Counted from the first letter of the stretch, positions 19,586 to 28,354 are shown. The stretch: DNA of 64,000 bases from Verrucomicrobiota bacterium (GCA_039815375.1 JBCBZJ010000001.1:96001-160000), one strand, 5' to 3'. Notes: generated by a model from the letters alone, not told the origin. Program-made: numbers and translations.

Positions 19586-19728
19586 TCCGCAGTTCCGAGG
19601 AGGACCGCGACGACTAGACCGGATGCGGAGCAAACCGGCTCTTACGCCGATTAACGTAGATTTTCCGAATAGAATCTGTCTTTTCCGGAAGGTTCTGTGC
19701 AGATGTAAAAATCTGTGCCATCTGCGGA
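19586..19728. repeat. CAGAT-unit inverted-repeat element, copy B (left arm interrupted)
   Basis: TCCGCAGTT...ACGCCGATTAACGTAGATT...AATCTGTGCCATCTGCGGA. Confidence 0.55.
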
Positions 19729-19786
19729 TCAAATAGCGTTCTCTTTGATTGCATCCCGATGAGCCAACGCCAACCTGCTGAGGGAA

Positions 19787-22612
19787 ATGGCTGCACCTGA
19801 AGAACCGCAATTACCTAGCCGTGAGGAGCTGAAATCGCTCAGTAGTGAAGACGTGGTCGCCTATGCCGCGCGTTGCGCGATTCGGGTCTTTCCTTTCGTT
19901 GGATACGAGGGGCATCTTAATTTCTGGGGAAAAGATGCTTCCTGGAATCTTGAAGTTGTTTGGGCGGCGAATTTGGCGACAGCCTTGAATGATTCTTTTA
20001 AGGCAAGATACATAGCTCTTCTTGCGATGGATGCGAATCGGGAATCCTTTTCCAAAGGTGTCAATTCTGGAAGTATAAATGCCTCAGTTAATGCTGTTAC
20101 GATGGCTTTCATGAGTGAGGAGTATGATTTTGCTCGGTTTGCTTATGATGTGTCGTCTTCGGCTCTACACGCTTTAAAAGTTCACAGGGGTCCGGATTTC
20201 GTGGCTGCTGCTTATCATGATTTTAAAGAACTTCTTTATCGGGATTCATTTTCTGAAAAGATTTTTGAAACTTACCTCATCGCTAATATCGAATTTCTGA
20301 TCAACGATTGGTTAACTGCCGATATGCGGAAAGCCTTCGAGTCGGTCGGGCAGAGCGATCTGCTCCGTATGTGGGAAGGCTTTTTTTACGGCGAGCCGGA
20401 TATGGAGCGCTGTCGAGCCTGGCTGGAGGATTGGTATGTCCGTAATCAGGATGCCGAAACCGAAGCGCCCGCAGCCGAGGAGAATGACGAAGGGGAGCGA
20501 ACGAAAAGTTCTAAAAAGAAACCTACGGAAAAGAAAGAGGCCGACCTGAAGGTGGAGCAGGCTGCCTTTGAACAGCGCGCGATGGAAGATTGGGAATCGG
20601 AGGGAGGCGCGATCCCCGTCGAGCACGCCGTGGAAGAGGCGGAAGCGGAAGAAGCCGAGGTCGACTCGAAGGACTTAACTGAGGATGAAGCGGAGCAGGA
20701 CAAGGGGGATTTGCCGCCTATGCCGGCCCAGGGATCGGCAACGACCTCAGCGGATGTGCCGGCCCAGGTCGATCAGCTCAATCGCGATCATTTGGTGAAG
20801 GGGTTGGCGCGCATGCTCTCTTTTGAGGAGCAGGGCACGCCGATCACGCTTGGGTTGTTTGGTGATTGGGGTGCGGGTAAGAGTTCAGTGATGCAGCTCT
20901 TGCAGAAGGAACTGAGCAGTGAGGAAACCAAGGGGCGTTATGGGAAATTCGAGTTCCTTTTCAGTTGGTTCAATGCCTGGGAGTATGAGCATACCCGAAA
21001 TATTCGGGCTGGTTTGGCACAGGAAGTTGTCAATGGCCTGCTGAGCAACGGGAGCTATGCGCCGGACGAGCCGAGCCAGACCCGCCCGGTCGATGGCCGG
21101 GAGCGCTTCCGTATCCAGCGTAAGTTCATCCTGCAGGAGCGCCGGAGGGAGTGGTATCACTTTCTGGTTAAATCGACGCTAAGTCTGATCCCGGTCGCGG
21201 CGGGTGCCTTTGGCATTGCTGAAGGTGAGCCGGTGGTGGCGACGGGGGGTCTCGGTCTCGGCATTTTCTTTGGCATCCAACTGTTTAAACAGTTCAGGAT
21301 TCTCTGGGATCATCCGGTCGCCACGGAGTTAGGCACCTTCTTTAAATTGCCCTCTTATCGAAAAGAGCTTGGGCAGGTTCCGGTGATCAAGAAGCAACTG
21401 GAAGGCTTGGCTTCGATCCGCCTGGGACCGTCGGTCGATCAGGAGATGATAGAGGAAGCCATTGCCTGGCACCAGCGGGAATCCTGGGATCTTGGGGATT
21501 GGAGGCTACGGCCCAGTGGCGACAAACCGATACCGGCACGAAGGCTGATCGTCTTTGTGGATGACCTGGACCGTTGTTTAACGAAAACAATTGCCGATGT
21601 CTTTGATGCGGTTCGACTGATCGCTCATATCCCAGGAGTGATTGTGGTCTTTGGCATCGACGAGCGGATCGCGTTTAAGGCAATGGGTCAGGCCTATGCC
21701 GATTACGCCGACGAAGCGATCGGCCGAAGCCAGGAGGAGGTGGCCCGGGATTACCTGGGAAAGATTATCCAGCTACCGATCCGGCTGGAACGTCCGGACA
21801 AGGACGGACTGGCAACCTTCATTGATAAGAAACTCTTTCCAGAGGAGGACCGTGATCCTGGTTCGAAGCAGGCAGTAGACGCGGAGGGGCCCGATCCGAA
21901 AGATGAGGAGCCTGAAGTTGACATGGATGAGCTTGAGCCCGAGGCCGATGATAAAATCGATGAGAACGAAATGGAAGAGGAGCCTGCTTCCGAGGCTAAG
22001 ATTTCTGCCGAAGATGCGACTCAGAAATCGCGGGGCAGACTATTCGGTTTGTTCAATCTACGTCGCCAATATCTCCCTCCTAAGCAGCCAAACTGGAGAG
22101 ATCGCAATCAAGCGAAACAAAAAACCGAAGAAGAGAAAAAGCACGAAGAGGAACTGGCTAAACTCAAGATCACGGATGCAGAGGTGCAGGCTTTCAAAGA
22201 TTTGACAGCCCTGCTTGATCTTCGGAATCCCCGTCAATTGATGCGCCTGAGGAACACCTACCGTCTCCTGAAGTCGCTTTACCCGAAAAAGGTTTCGCAG
22301 GAATCAGAAGAAATGCAGGACGATGAAAAACGATACCCCGAAGCGGAAAACAATCTGATGATGATGCTTTTCTGGTTGGAGTATTGTCTACAAAATGATT
22401 CGGCCAAGATTGCAGCTTGGTCGACATGGTCCGGACCGGAGTCAAAGGAGGCGGATTCGATCAAGGGTCTATTCAAGACGGAGCTGCTTGATCAGATCGC
22501 GTTTACCGAATCGAAGTGGATGTTTAAGGAACCGATGTTGCAGAATCTGAAGGAATTTACCGAGACCTGTATTTTGCCTTATCCCAATAAAGAGAGCGTG
22601 TCCGAGCGCTAG
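19787..22612 (+). CDS. KAP-family P-loop NTPase with N-terminal helical domain and acidic linkers
   Basis: GLFGDWGAGKS (Walker A), FNAWEY, two TM helices, IVFVDDLDRC (Walker B), YLGKIIQLP and NPRQLMR. Confidence 0.92.
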   Translation: MAAPEEPQLPSREELKSLSSEDVVAYAARCAIRVFPFVGYEGHLNFWGKDASWNLEVVWAANLATALNDSFKARYIALLAMDANRESFSKGVNSGSINASVNAVTMAFMSEEYDFARFAYDVSSSALHALKVHRGPDFVAAAYHDFKELLYRDSFSEKIFETYLIANIEFLINDWLTADMRKAFESVGQSDLLRMWEGFFYGEPDMERCRAWLEDWYVRNQDAETEAPAAEENDEGERTKSSKKKPTEKKEADLKVEQAAFEQRAMEDWESEGGAIPVEHAVEEAEAEEAEVDSKDLTEDEAEQDKGDLPPMPAQGSATTSADVPAQVDQLNRDHLVKGLARMLSFEEQGTPITLGLFGDWGAGKSSVMQLLQKELSSEETKGRYGKFEFLFSWFNAWEYEHTRNIRAGLAQEVVNGLLSNGSYAPDEPSQTRPVDGRERFRIQRKFILQERRREWYHFLVKSTLSLIPVAAGAFGIAEGEPVVATGGLGLGIFFGIQLFKQFRILWDHPVATELGTFFKLPSYRKELGQVPVIKKQLEGLASIRLGPSVDQEMIEEAIAWHQRESWDLGDWRLRPSGDKPIPARRLIVFVDDLDRCLTKTIADVFDAVRLIAHIPGVIVVFGIDERIAFKAMGQAYADYADEAIGRSQEEVARDYLGKIIQLPIRLERPDKDGLATFIDKKLFPEEDRDPGSKQAVDAEGPDPKDEEPEVDMDELEPEADDKIDENEMEEEPASEAKISAEDATQKSRGRLFGLFNLRRQYLPPKQPNWRDRNQAKQKTEEEKKHEEELAKLKITDAEVQAFKDLTALLDLRNPRQLMRLRNTYRLLKSLYPKKVSQESEEMQDDEKRYPEAENNLMMMLFWLEYCLQNDSAKIAAWSTWSGPESKEADSIKGLFKTELLDQIAFTESKWMFKEPMLQNLKEFTETCILPYPNKESVSER

Positions 22613-22658
22613 CGGACAGAGATGCCTTGATCAAAGTAGATTAACGATTCGAGCTAAG

Positions 22659-22732
22659 GTAGGGACGGCTGCCCTCAGCCGTCCGAGAAACTTCCACAAC
22701 GCTAGCGGACGCCTGAGGGCAGGCGTCCCTAC
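22659..22732. repeat. REP doublet (REPIN-like), copy 3
   Basis: Identical to copy 2 except one spacer base (CTTC vs CTAC). Confidence 0.9.
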
Positions 22733-22733
22733 C

Positions 22734-23300
22734 TCAGAGCCGCTGCCGGACCGCTTCGTAGAGACAGACGCCGGCCGAAACAGAGACGTTCAGGCAGTCG
22801 ACCGTTCCGGCCATGGGGATGCTGACGAGGTGGTCGCAGAGATCGCCGGTGACTTTGCGCAGACCCCAGCCTTCGCTGCCAAGCACGAAGGCGGTCGGTT
22901 GATCGAAATCGATGCCATAGAGATCGCCTTCGCCACGGTCGGAAGTGCCAACGATCTGGATCCTCATGTCATGGAATTTACGAAGTAGCATGCCGATGTT
23001 TTTGACTTTGAGGAAGGGCGTATCGTCCGCGCCGCCACAGGAAATGTCGCGCACGGTTGGGGTGATGCCGCAGGCCCCTTTAGTGGGTGCAATCACTGCG
23101 GTGACGCCCGCGCCTGAAGCAGTGCGCAGGCAGGCGCCGAGGTTGTGCGGGTCCTGCACGCCTTCGAGCACGAGCAGCAGTGGGTTCTCGGTGCGTTCGA
23201 TTAGATCGAAGAGATCATTCTCGTCCTCGATATGCACGACGGCGGCCAAGGCGGAATGCCTCGGTGGTTTCTTGATTTTATGAACGGAGTTCCGGCCCAT
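22734..23300 (-). CDS. TrmH/SpoU-family RNA 2'-O-methyltransferase (RlmB-like catalytic domain)
   Basis: LEGVQDPHNLGACLRTA, VLGSEGWGL and IPMAGTVDCLNVSVSAG motifs. Confidence 0.9.
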   Translation of the reverse strand: MGRNSVHKIKKPPRHSALAAVVHIEDENDLFDLIERTENPLLLVLEGVQDPHNLGACLRTASGAGVTAVIAPTKGACGITPTVRDISCGGADDTPFLKVKNIGMLLRKFHDMRIQIVGTSDRGEGDLYGIDFDQPTAFVLGSEGWGLRKVTGDLCDHLVSIPMAGTVDCLNVSVSAGVCLYEAVRQRL

Positions 23301-23315
23301 GGAGCTTATGGTTTA

Positions 23316-23447
23316 TCCGCAGATTGCACAGATGCACGCAGATTATTTTTGAGAGATTTTGGTGCTGTGTTTTGTAAAGAGAAATGCACGTCCAGTTGAG
23401 ATGCTCATTCAGTTTTTACCTCTGTATGGATCTGCGCCATCTGCAGA
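23316..23447. repeat. CAGAT-unit inverted-repeat element, copy C (MITE-like)
   Basis: TCCGCAGATTGCACAGATGCACGCAGATT...TCTGTATGGATCTGCGCCATCTGCAGA, about 28-bp imperfect terminal inverted repeats. Confidence 0.65.
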
Positions 23448-23460
23448 TAAGAACAGGGTT

Positions 23461-24507
23461 TTAGAGCAAATCCTGTTGATTCCCGTCCGGTGGGTTGAGG
23501 CCGACGACCTGCCAGCCTTTTTCGGTCAGAACACGGCCCTGGGCAGTGCGCTGGAGGTAGCCTTCCTGAATCAGGAAGGGTTCATGGACTTCTTCAAGGG
23601 TATGGGCTTCTTCGGCGACGGCTACAGCGACGGTGCCGAGACCGACGGGGCCGCCACGGTAGTTCTCGGCCATGACACGCATGACTTGCTTGTCCATTTC
23701 ATCGAGGCCGCGGGTATCGATCTCGAGCAGCTCGAGCGCAGCGGCGGCGCTGTCTTTAGTGATGGTGCCGTTGCCGCGTTGCTGTGCGTAGTCGCGGCAG
23801 AAGTTGACGAGATTGTTGGCGATACGTGGAGTGCCGCGGGCGCGACGGGCGATCTCGGCGGCACCGTCTGTTTCGTGGTCGACATTCAGCAGGCCGCAGG
23901 TCCGCTCGACAATACCCTGAAGCGTGGCGTGGTCATAGTAGCTCAGGCGGCTCTGCAAGGTGAAGCGACTGCGGAGCGGGGCAGTGAGGAGACCCATACG
24001 GGTGGTGGCCCCGAGCAGAGTGAAGCGTGGGAGGTTGAGCCGGACGCTGCGTGCGTTGGGTCCCTGATCGATCATGATATCGATACGGAAGTCTTCCATC
24101 GCGGAATAAAGGTATTCTTCGACCGTCTTCGGGATGCGGTGGATTTCGTCGATGAAGAGAATGTCTCCTTCATTGAGGTTGGTCAACAGGCCGGCGAGGT
24201 CGGCCGGTTTATCGATGACAGGGCCCGAGGTAATGCTGACTTTCTTGCCCATTTCATGGCCGAGGATGAGGGAAAGCGTGGTCTTGCCCAGCCCGGGAGG
24301 GCCGCTAAGCAGGATATGGTTGAGCGGGTCGCCCCGGTCCCGGGCGGCGCCGACCATGACTTCGAGCCGTTCCAGTGTCTTGGGTTGCCCGGCAAAGTCT
24401 TCGAAGGATAGGGGACGCAAAATCGACTCCTGGGCATTCTCAGGATTGCTCAGGCTCTGCTCGATAAATTCGGCTCCAGTTGGCGGGTTTTCGGGTGAGA
24501 AAGGCAT
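23461..24507 (-). CDS. ruvB: Holliday junction branch migration helicase RuvB
   Basis: LRP, GPPGLGKTTL, LFIDEIHR, GATTR and RGTPRIAN motifs. Confidence 0.98.
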   Translation of the reverse strand: MPFSPENPPTGAEFIEQSLSNPENAQESILRPLSFEDFAGQPKTLERLEVMVGAARDRGDPLNHILLSGPPGLGKTTLSLILGHEMGKKVSITSGPVIDKPADLAGLLTNLNEGDILFIDEIHRIPKTVEEYLYSAMEDFRIDIMIDQGPNARSVRLNLPRFTLLGATTRMGLLTAPLRSRFTLQSRLSYYDHATLQGIVERTCGLLNVDHETDGAAEIARRARGTPRIANNLVNFCRDYAQQRGNGTITKDSAAAALELLEIDTRGLDEMDKQVMRVMAENYRGGPVGLGTVAVAVAEEAHTLEEVHEPFLIQEGYLQRTAQGRVLTEKGWQVVGLNPPDGNQQDLL

Positions 24508-24606
24508 TGTTTGCTAGTGAATATACCAGCTACTGCCTCATGCAACACTTCCTTCCGGATTGCTCATTCTATGGCATAATCCAGGTTTGAAGGTCATGGA
24601 CGGAGA

Positions 24607-26052
24607 CTAATTAAAACGGCTTTTAGGTGAGTTTACGATAGTCTTCATTTCGCGACGGAGCTGGTCTACCTTCTCGGGGTTTTGCAGGAAGAGGTTGTTC
24701 GATTCCGCAAGGTCTTCTTTGAGGTTGTAGAGCTGTCCGTCTGGTTCGTTCCCAGCATCTTTGTCTCCTCGAAGACGCTCGGAGAATCCGCCTGAGCCTT
24801 GACCGTCGATGAATTTCCAGTCACCTGTGCGGATCATCATCAAGCCGCGGCTACCGGATGACATGACTGCGGACTGACGCACCGGAGTCGTCTTTGATCG
24901 ATCTCCAGTTATTTCATGGATGAAGCTGAAGCTGTCCGGGCCAGCTTGTTCGGGGAGTGCTGCATGGGTTAGATCTGCAAACGTGGCGAGGAAGTCTGTA
25001 AAAGTGACGAGCTGGTCGCTCGTCGATCCACCGGCGATTACAGCGGGCCAGCGCAGGATCAATGGCATACGGTGTCCGCCCTCCCAGGCATCAGACTTCA
25101 TACCTCTGAGCCCGCCGACTGAATCGTGACCATATCGCTCGATGTCAGATGGATACCAGACTGGTCCATTGTCGGAGGTTAGAATGAAGAGGGTGTCTTC
25201 TTCCATTCCCGCACTCTCGATGGTATCCAAGACGCGGCCGATCTCGGCATCCACCATCATCATGAAGTCGCCGTAGAGGGGCACCTTGCTCTTTCCGGCG
25301 TATTCCTCGGAAGGCAACCAGGGAGTATGCGGAGCAGGGTAAGCGAGATATAGCATAAGCGGGTTTTCGCAGCATGTCGTCCCGGATTTGTAGGATTCAA
25401 TTACCTGGATCGCCTCGTCGGTGAAGCGGGGGAGCACATCCTCAAGCTTCAGGTCGGGCGCGATCCCACCAGCTCGGATGAATTCGCCCTGAATCCTGGT
25501 CCATCCGTCGGTCCCGCGTGCTTCAATCCGATCTGTCGGGGGAGCGACCGCCTCACGGCCGCGAATATAAAAGTAGGGCGGGATGTCGGTTGAAGCGCGA
25601 ATTCCAAAGAAGCTGTCGAAGCCTCGATCGACCGGTCCACCGTGCAATGGAGTCGTGTAGTCCTCACCCTCATGAAAACCGAGATGCCATTTGCCGACCA
25701 TCGAAGTGCTGTAGCCCCTGCTTTTCAAAAGCGAGGCAATCGTCACCTGGTCCTCATCAATAAGTGGTGTGTTGCGCCAGACGGAGACATCCGTTCGAAA
25801 GGGATAGCGCCCTGTCAACAGGCCGTAGCGCGACATGTGGCAAAGTGGACCCGGGGCATGCGCATCGGTAAAGATCTTCCCTTCTGCGGCGAGCTCGTCC
25901 ATGCGTGGCGTCTTGATCTTCGAATCCGGATTGAATGCACCGATATCGCCATAACCCATGTCATCGAGTAGGACGAAGACGATGTGCGGCGATTTGGAAA
26001 ATGCAGCAGCAGTGATGCATACTAGAGAAGACAGGTAGATCCAGAAGCGCAT
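24607..26052 (-). CDS. Secreted sulfatase (arylsulfatase A-like)
   Basis: PHIVFVLLDDMGYGD, CHMSRYGLLTGRY, GKWHLG, TSDNG and WEGGHRMP motifs. ATG 26052. Confidence 0.92.
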   Translation of the reverse strand: MRFWIYLSSLVCITAAAFSKSPHIVFVLLDDMGYGDIGAFNPDSKIKTPRMDELAAEGKIFTDAHAPGPLCHMSRYGLLTGRYPFRTDVSVWRNTPLIDEDQVTIASLLKSRGYSTSMVGKWHLGFHEGEDYTTPLHGGPVDRGFDSFFGIRASTDIPPYFYIRGREAVAPPTDRIEARGTDGWTRIQGEFIRAGGIAPDLKLEDVLPRFTDEAIQVIESYKSGTTCCENPLMLYLAYPAPHTPWLPSEEYAGKSKVPLYGDFMMMVDAEIGRVLDTIESAGMEEDTLFILTSDNGPVWYPSDIERYGHDSVGGLRGMKSDAWEGGHRMPLILRWPAVIAGGSTSDQLVTFTDFLATFADLTHAALPEQAGPDSFSFIHEITGDRSKTTPVRQSAVMSSGSRGLMMIRTGDWKFIDGQGSGGFSERLRGDKDAGNEPDGQLYNLKEDLAESNNLFLQNPEKVDQLRREMKTIVNSPKSRFN

Positions 26053-26338
26053 GTTTCGAGGAAGATGTGAGGCTCGCGGAGGCAAGTGAAGATGCAAAAA
26101 AATAACGTAGTTTTGTATTTAGGATAAGCGGTTGGCTAGACTGCTTGCAAGAAAGCCTTCGTGGTTCAAAACAACGGTGAACTCAGCAGGCCTTTCTCTG
26201 GTCAATGCGTTGTTGCTGCGATCGGTTGAGGGTGCCGGGCAAGTCCGCTAAAAGTAACGATTTCGGCTTAGTCATGTTCTGGTAATTTGATGGTGTTGAT
26301 ATCCAGAACAAAGATCTTGATGGAAGGAACGCAAAAGC

Positions 26339-27634
26339 TTACTCGCCGAGGAGTTCCCGGGGCATATCCGAATCCTTGAGTCTCTCGATTTTTGCACCCA
26401 GGCCAGCCAGTTTTTGTTCAAAGCGCTCGTAACCCCGGTCGAGGTGATAGATGCGCTGGATCCATGTCTCGCCGGTGGCGGCGAAAGCGGCCAGAATGAG
26501 GGCAGCAGAGGCCCGCAGGTCGGAGGCCATGACCGGTGCGCCAGATAGTTTGGACGCGCCTTTGATGATGGCACTGGGGCCTTCGATCGCGATATCGGCA
26601 CCCATACGCTGGAGCTCGGGCACGTGCATGAAGCGGTTCGGGTAGATCCGCTCAGTGATGATGGAGAGCCCCTCAACCTGGGTCATGAGGGCACAGAGTT
26701 GAGCCTGCAGGTCGGTCGGAAACCCGGGATAGGGCAGAGTGATGAGGTCCACGGGTTTGAGCGAGCCAAGGTAAGGGAGCACGCGGATATTGTGGCCCTC
26801 GATCTCGAGCGGCACGCCGGCCTCTTCGAGTTTATCGAGGAAGGCACCGAGTAGGTTCGGCGGGACGCCCTTTACGGTGACGTCGCCCCGGGTGATGGCC
26901 GCAGCGACGATGAATGTGCCGGCCTCAATGCGGTCGGCAATGACGCTATGTTCGCAGCCATGGAGCTTTTCGACCCCTTCGACGATTAGTTCCGGGCTGC
27001 CGATGCCTTCGATCTTCGCGCCCATTTTAACGAGCAGGTTACAGAGGTCGACGACTTCCGGTTCACAGGCAGCACATTCGATCCGTGTAGTGCCGGGCCC
27101 AAGCACTGCAGCCATCAGGATATTGGCTGTGCCGGTCACGGTGCTTCCGCTGCGTCCTCCGAGGAAGACCGGACCGCCTTCCATTGCAGAGGCGTCGACG
27201 TGAACGTAGCCATTCGCGATCTCGACCTTACAGTTGAGCTTGGCAAGACCCTTCAAGTGGAGGTCGATCGGGCGCGGACCGATGACGCAGCCACCCGGTA
27301 TGGAAACTTCAGCCTTGCGCAGGCGGGCGGTCAAAGGGCCGAGCAGACAGACCGAGGCGCGCATCTTGCGCACCAGCTCGTAGGGCGCGATATGAGTGAG
27401 CGAGGCGGCCTTGAGTTGCCAGACGCCGGGTTGCGGGTTGCTGACCTCGGAGCCGACATGACGCAGGATTTCGACCATGAAGCGGATATCGCTGAGGTCG
27501 GGCACATTTCGCAATGTGACTGCCTCGTCAGTCAAGAGTGTAGCCGCAAGGAGAGGAAGGGCGGCGTTTTTTGCCCCACCGACTTCGATTTCGCCTTTGA
27601 GTGGTCCGTTCCCGCTGACTTTAAAGACGTCCAT
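26339..27634 (-). CDS. murA: UDP-N-acetylglucosamine 1-carboxyvinyltransferase
   Basis: GAKNAALP, MRAS, PGGCVIGPRPIDLHL, YPGFPTDLQ and DLRA motifs. Confidence 0.98.
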   Translation of the reverse strand: MDVFKVSGNGPLKGEIEVGGAKNAALPLLAATLLTDEAVTLRNVPDLSDIRFMVEILRHVGSEVSNPQPGVWQLKAASLTHIAPYELVRKMRASVCLLGPLTARLRKAEVSIPGGCVIGPRPIDLHLKGLAKLNCKVEIANGYVHVDASAMEGGPVFLGGRSGSTVTGTANILMAAVLGPGTTRIECAACEPEVVDLCNLLVKMGAKIEGIGSPELIVEGVEKLHGCEHSVIADRIEAGTFIVAAAITRGDVTVKGVPPNLLGAFLDKLEEAGVPLEIEGHNIRVLPYLGSLKPVDLITLPYPGFPTDLQAQLCALMTQVEGLSIITERIYPNRFMHVPELQRMGADIAIEGPSAIIKGASKLSGAPVMASDLRASAALILAAFAATGETWIQRIYHLDRGYERFEQKLAGLGAKIERLKDSDMPRELLGE

Positions 27635-27643
27635 TAGACGGCT

Positions 27644-28354
27644 TTAGGAAACGGTTTCGTTGTTGCGGCGATCACCCTGACGTGGCCCACCTTTGCCACT
27701 TCGACGGCGACCTTTGCCACCGCGACGGTTCTGGCCGTTGCCTCCGCCCTGGCTGCGGTTACCTCCCTTGCCTTGAGGGCGGCCACCTTGCCCCTTGCCG
27801 CCGCGCGGATTGCCTTTGCCACCCTTTTTCTTGACGGGTTCTTTAGGGCCAAGGCCGAAAATCCCGAGGATGGATGCGATGATGCCGCCGGACTGCTTTT
27901 TCTTCTTAGCCGGAGCTTTCTTCTTTTGAGCAGCTGGTTTCTTTTCAGCCTTTGCCGGGCGGGTTTTCTCGCGCTCTGCACGCTTGGCATCACGTTCCGC
28001 CTTGCGCTCGGTGAGGCGTGCTTCGACTTTTTTGATAGCGGCCAGCGTAGCCTCGCTGGGTTGAGCATTGCCCGTGCTGGCTGGTTTTTCAGCTTTTGGG
28101 GCTTTAGGTTTTGAGAAATTCTCCTTTGGAGCAGGCTTTTCCTTTTTTCGCTCCGGCTTCGCACCGCCACTGAGCTTTTCGCTCTTTAGCGCATCAGCCG
28201 GGTTTACTTCTCCAATACTGGTGTTGGGAGCGGTGTAATCCGTCTTAAATCCCCCGCTGCGGCGACGTGTGCGCGGCTTATTGGCTGCTTCGGTGCTGGG
28301 CGTGTAGTCGATCTTTTGGTTGATTTTGGCGTCCGATTCTTCGAATTCTGGCAT
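27644..28354 (-). CDS. Basic low-complexity hypothetical protein
   Basis: ATG start, Lys/Arg/Gly-rich, ends 9 nt before murA. Confidence 0.7.
   Translation of the reverse strand: MPEFEESDAKINQKIDYTPSTEAANKPRTRRRSGGFKTDYTAPNTSIGEVNPADALKSEKLSGGAKPERKKEKPAPKENFSKPKAPKAEKPASTGNAQPSEATLAAIKKVEARLTERKAERDAKRAEREKTRPAKAEKKPAAQKKKAPAKKKKQSGGIIASILGIFGLGPKEPVKKKGGKGNPRGGKGQGGRPQGKGGNRSQGGGNGQNRRGGKGRRRSGKGGPRQGDRRNNETVS

Noticed and set aside
18769..22732. Repeats read as a CRISPR array
   Set aside because: Copies are 0.6-3.2 kb apart with genes between them, there are no regular spacers, and no cas genes are present
23359..24411. 350-aa ORF antisense to ruvB (and similar long antisense ORFs at 17435, 43245, 45328 and 59640)
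   Set aside because: Shadow ORFs on the opposite strand of well-supported genes, expected from codon bias at this GC, with no motifs of their own
27634..28170. Alternative-frame 178-aa ORF upstream of murA
   Set aside because: Nested in another frame of the 236-aa ATG-started ORF. Low-complexity sequence explains the lack of stops
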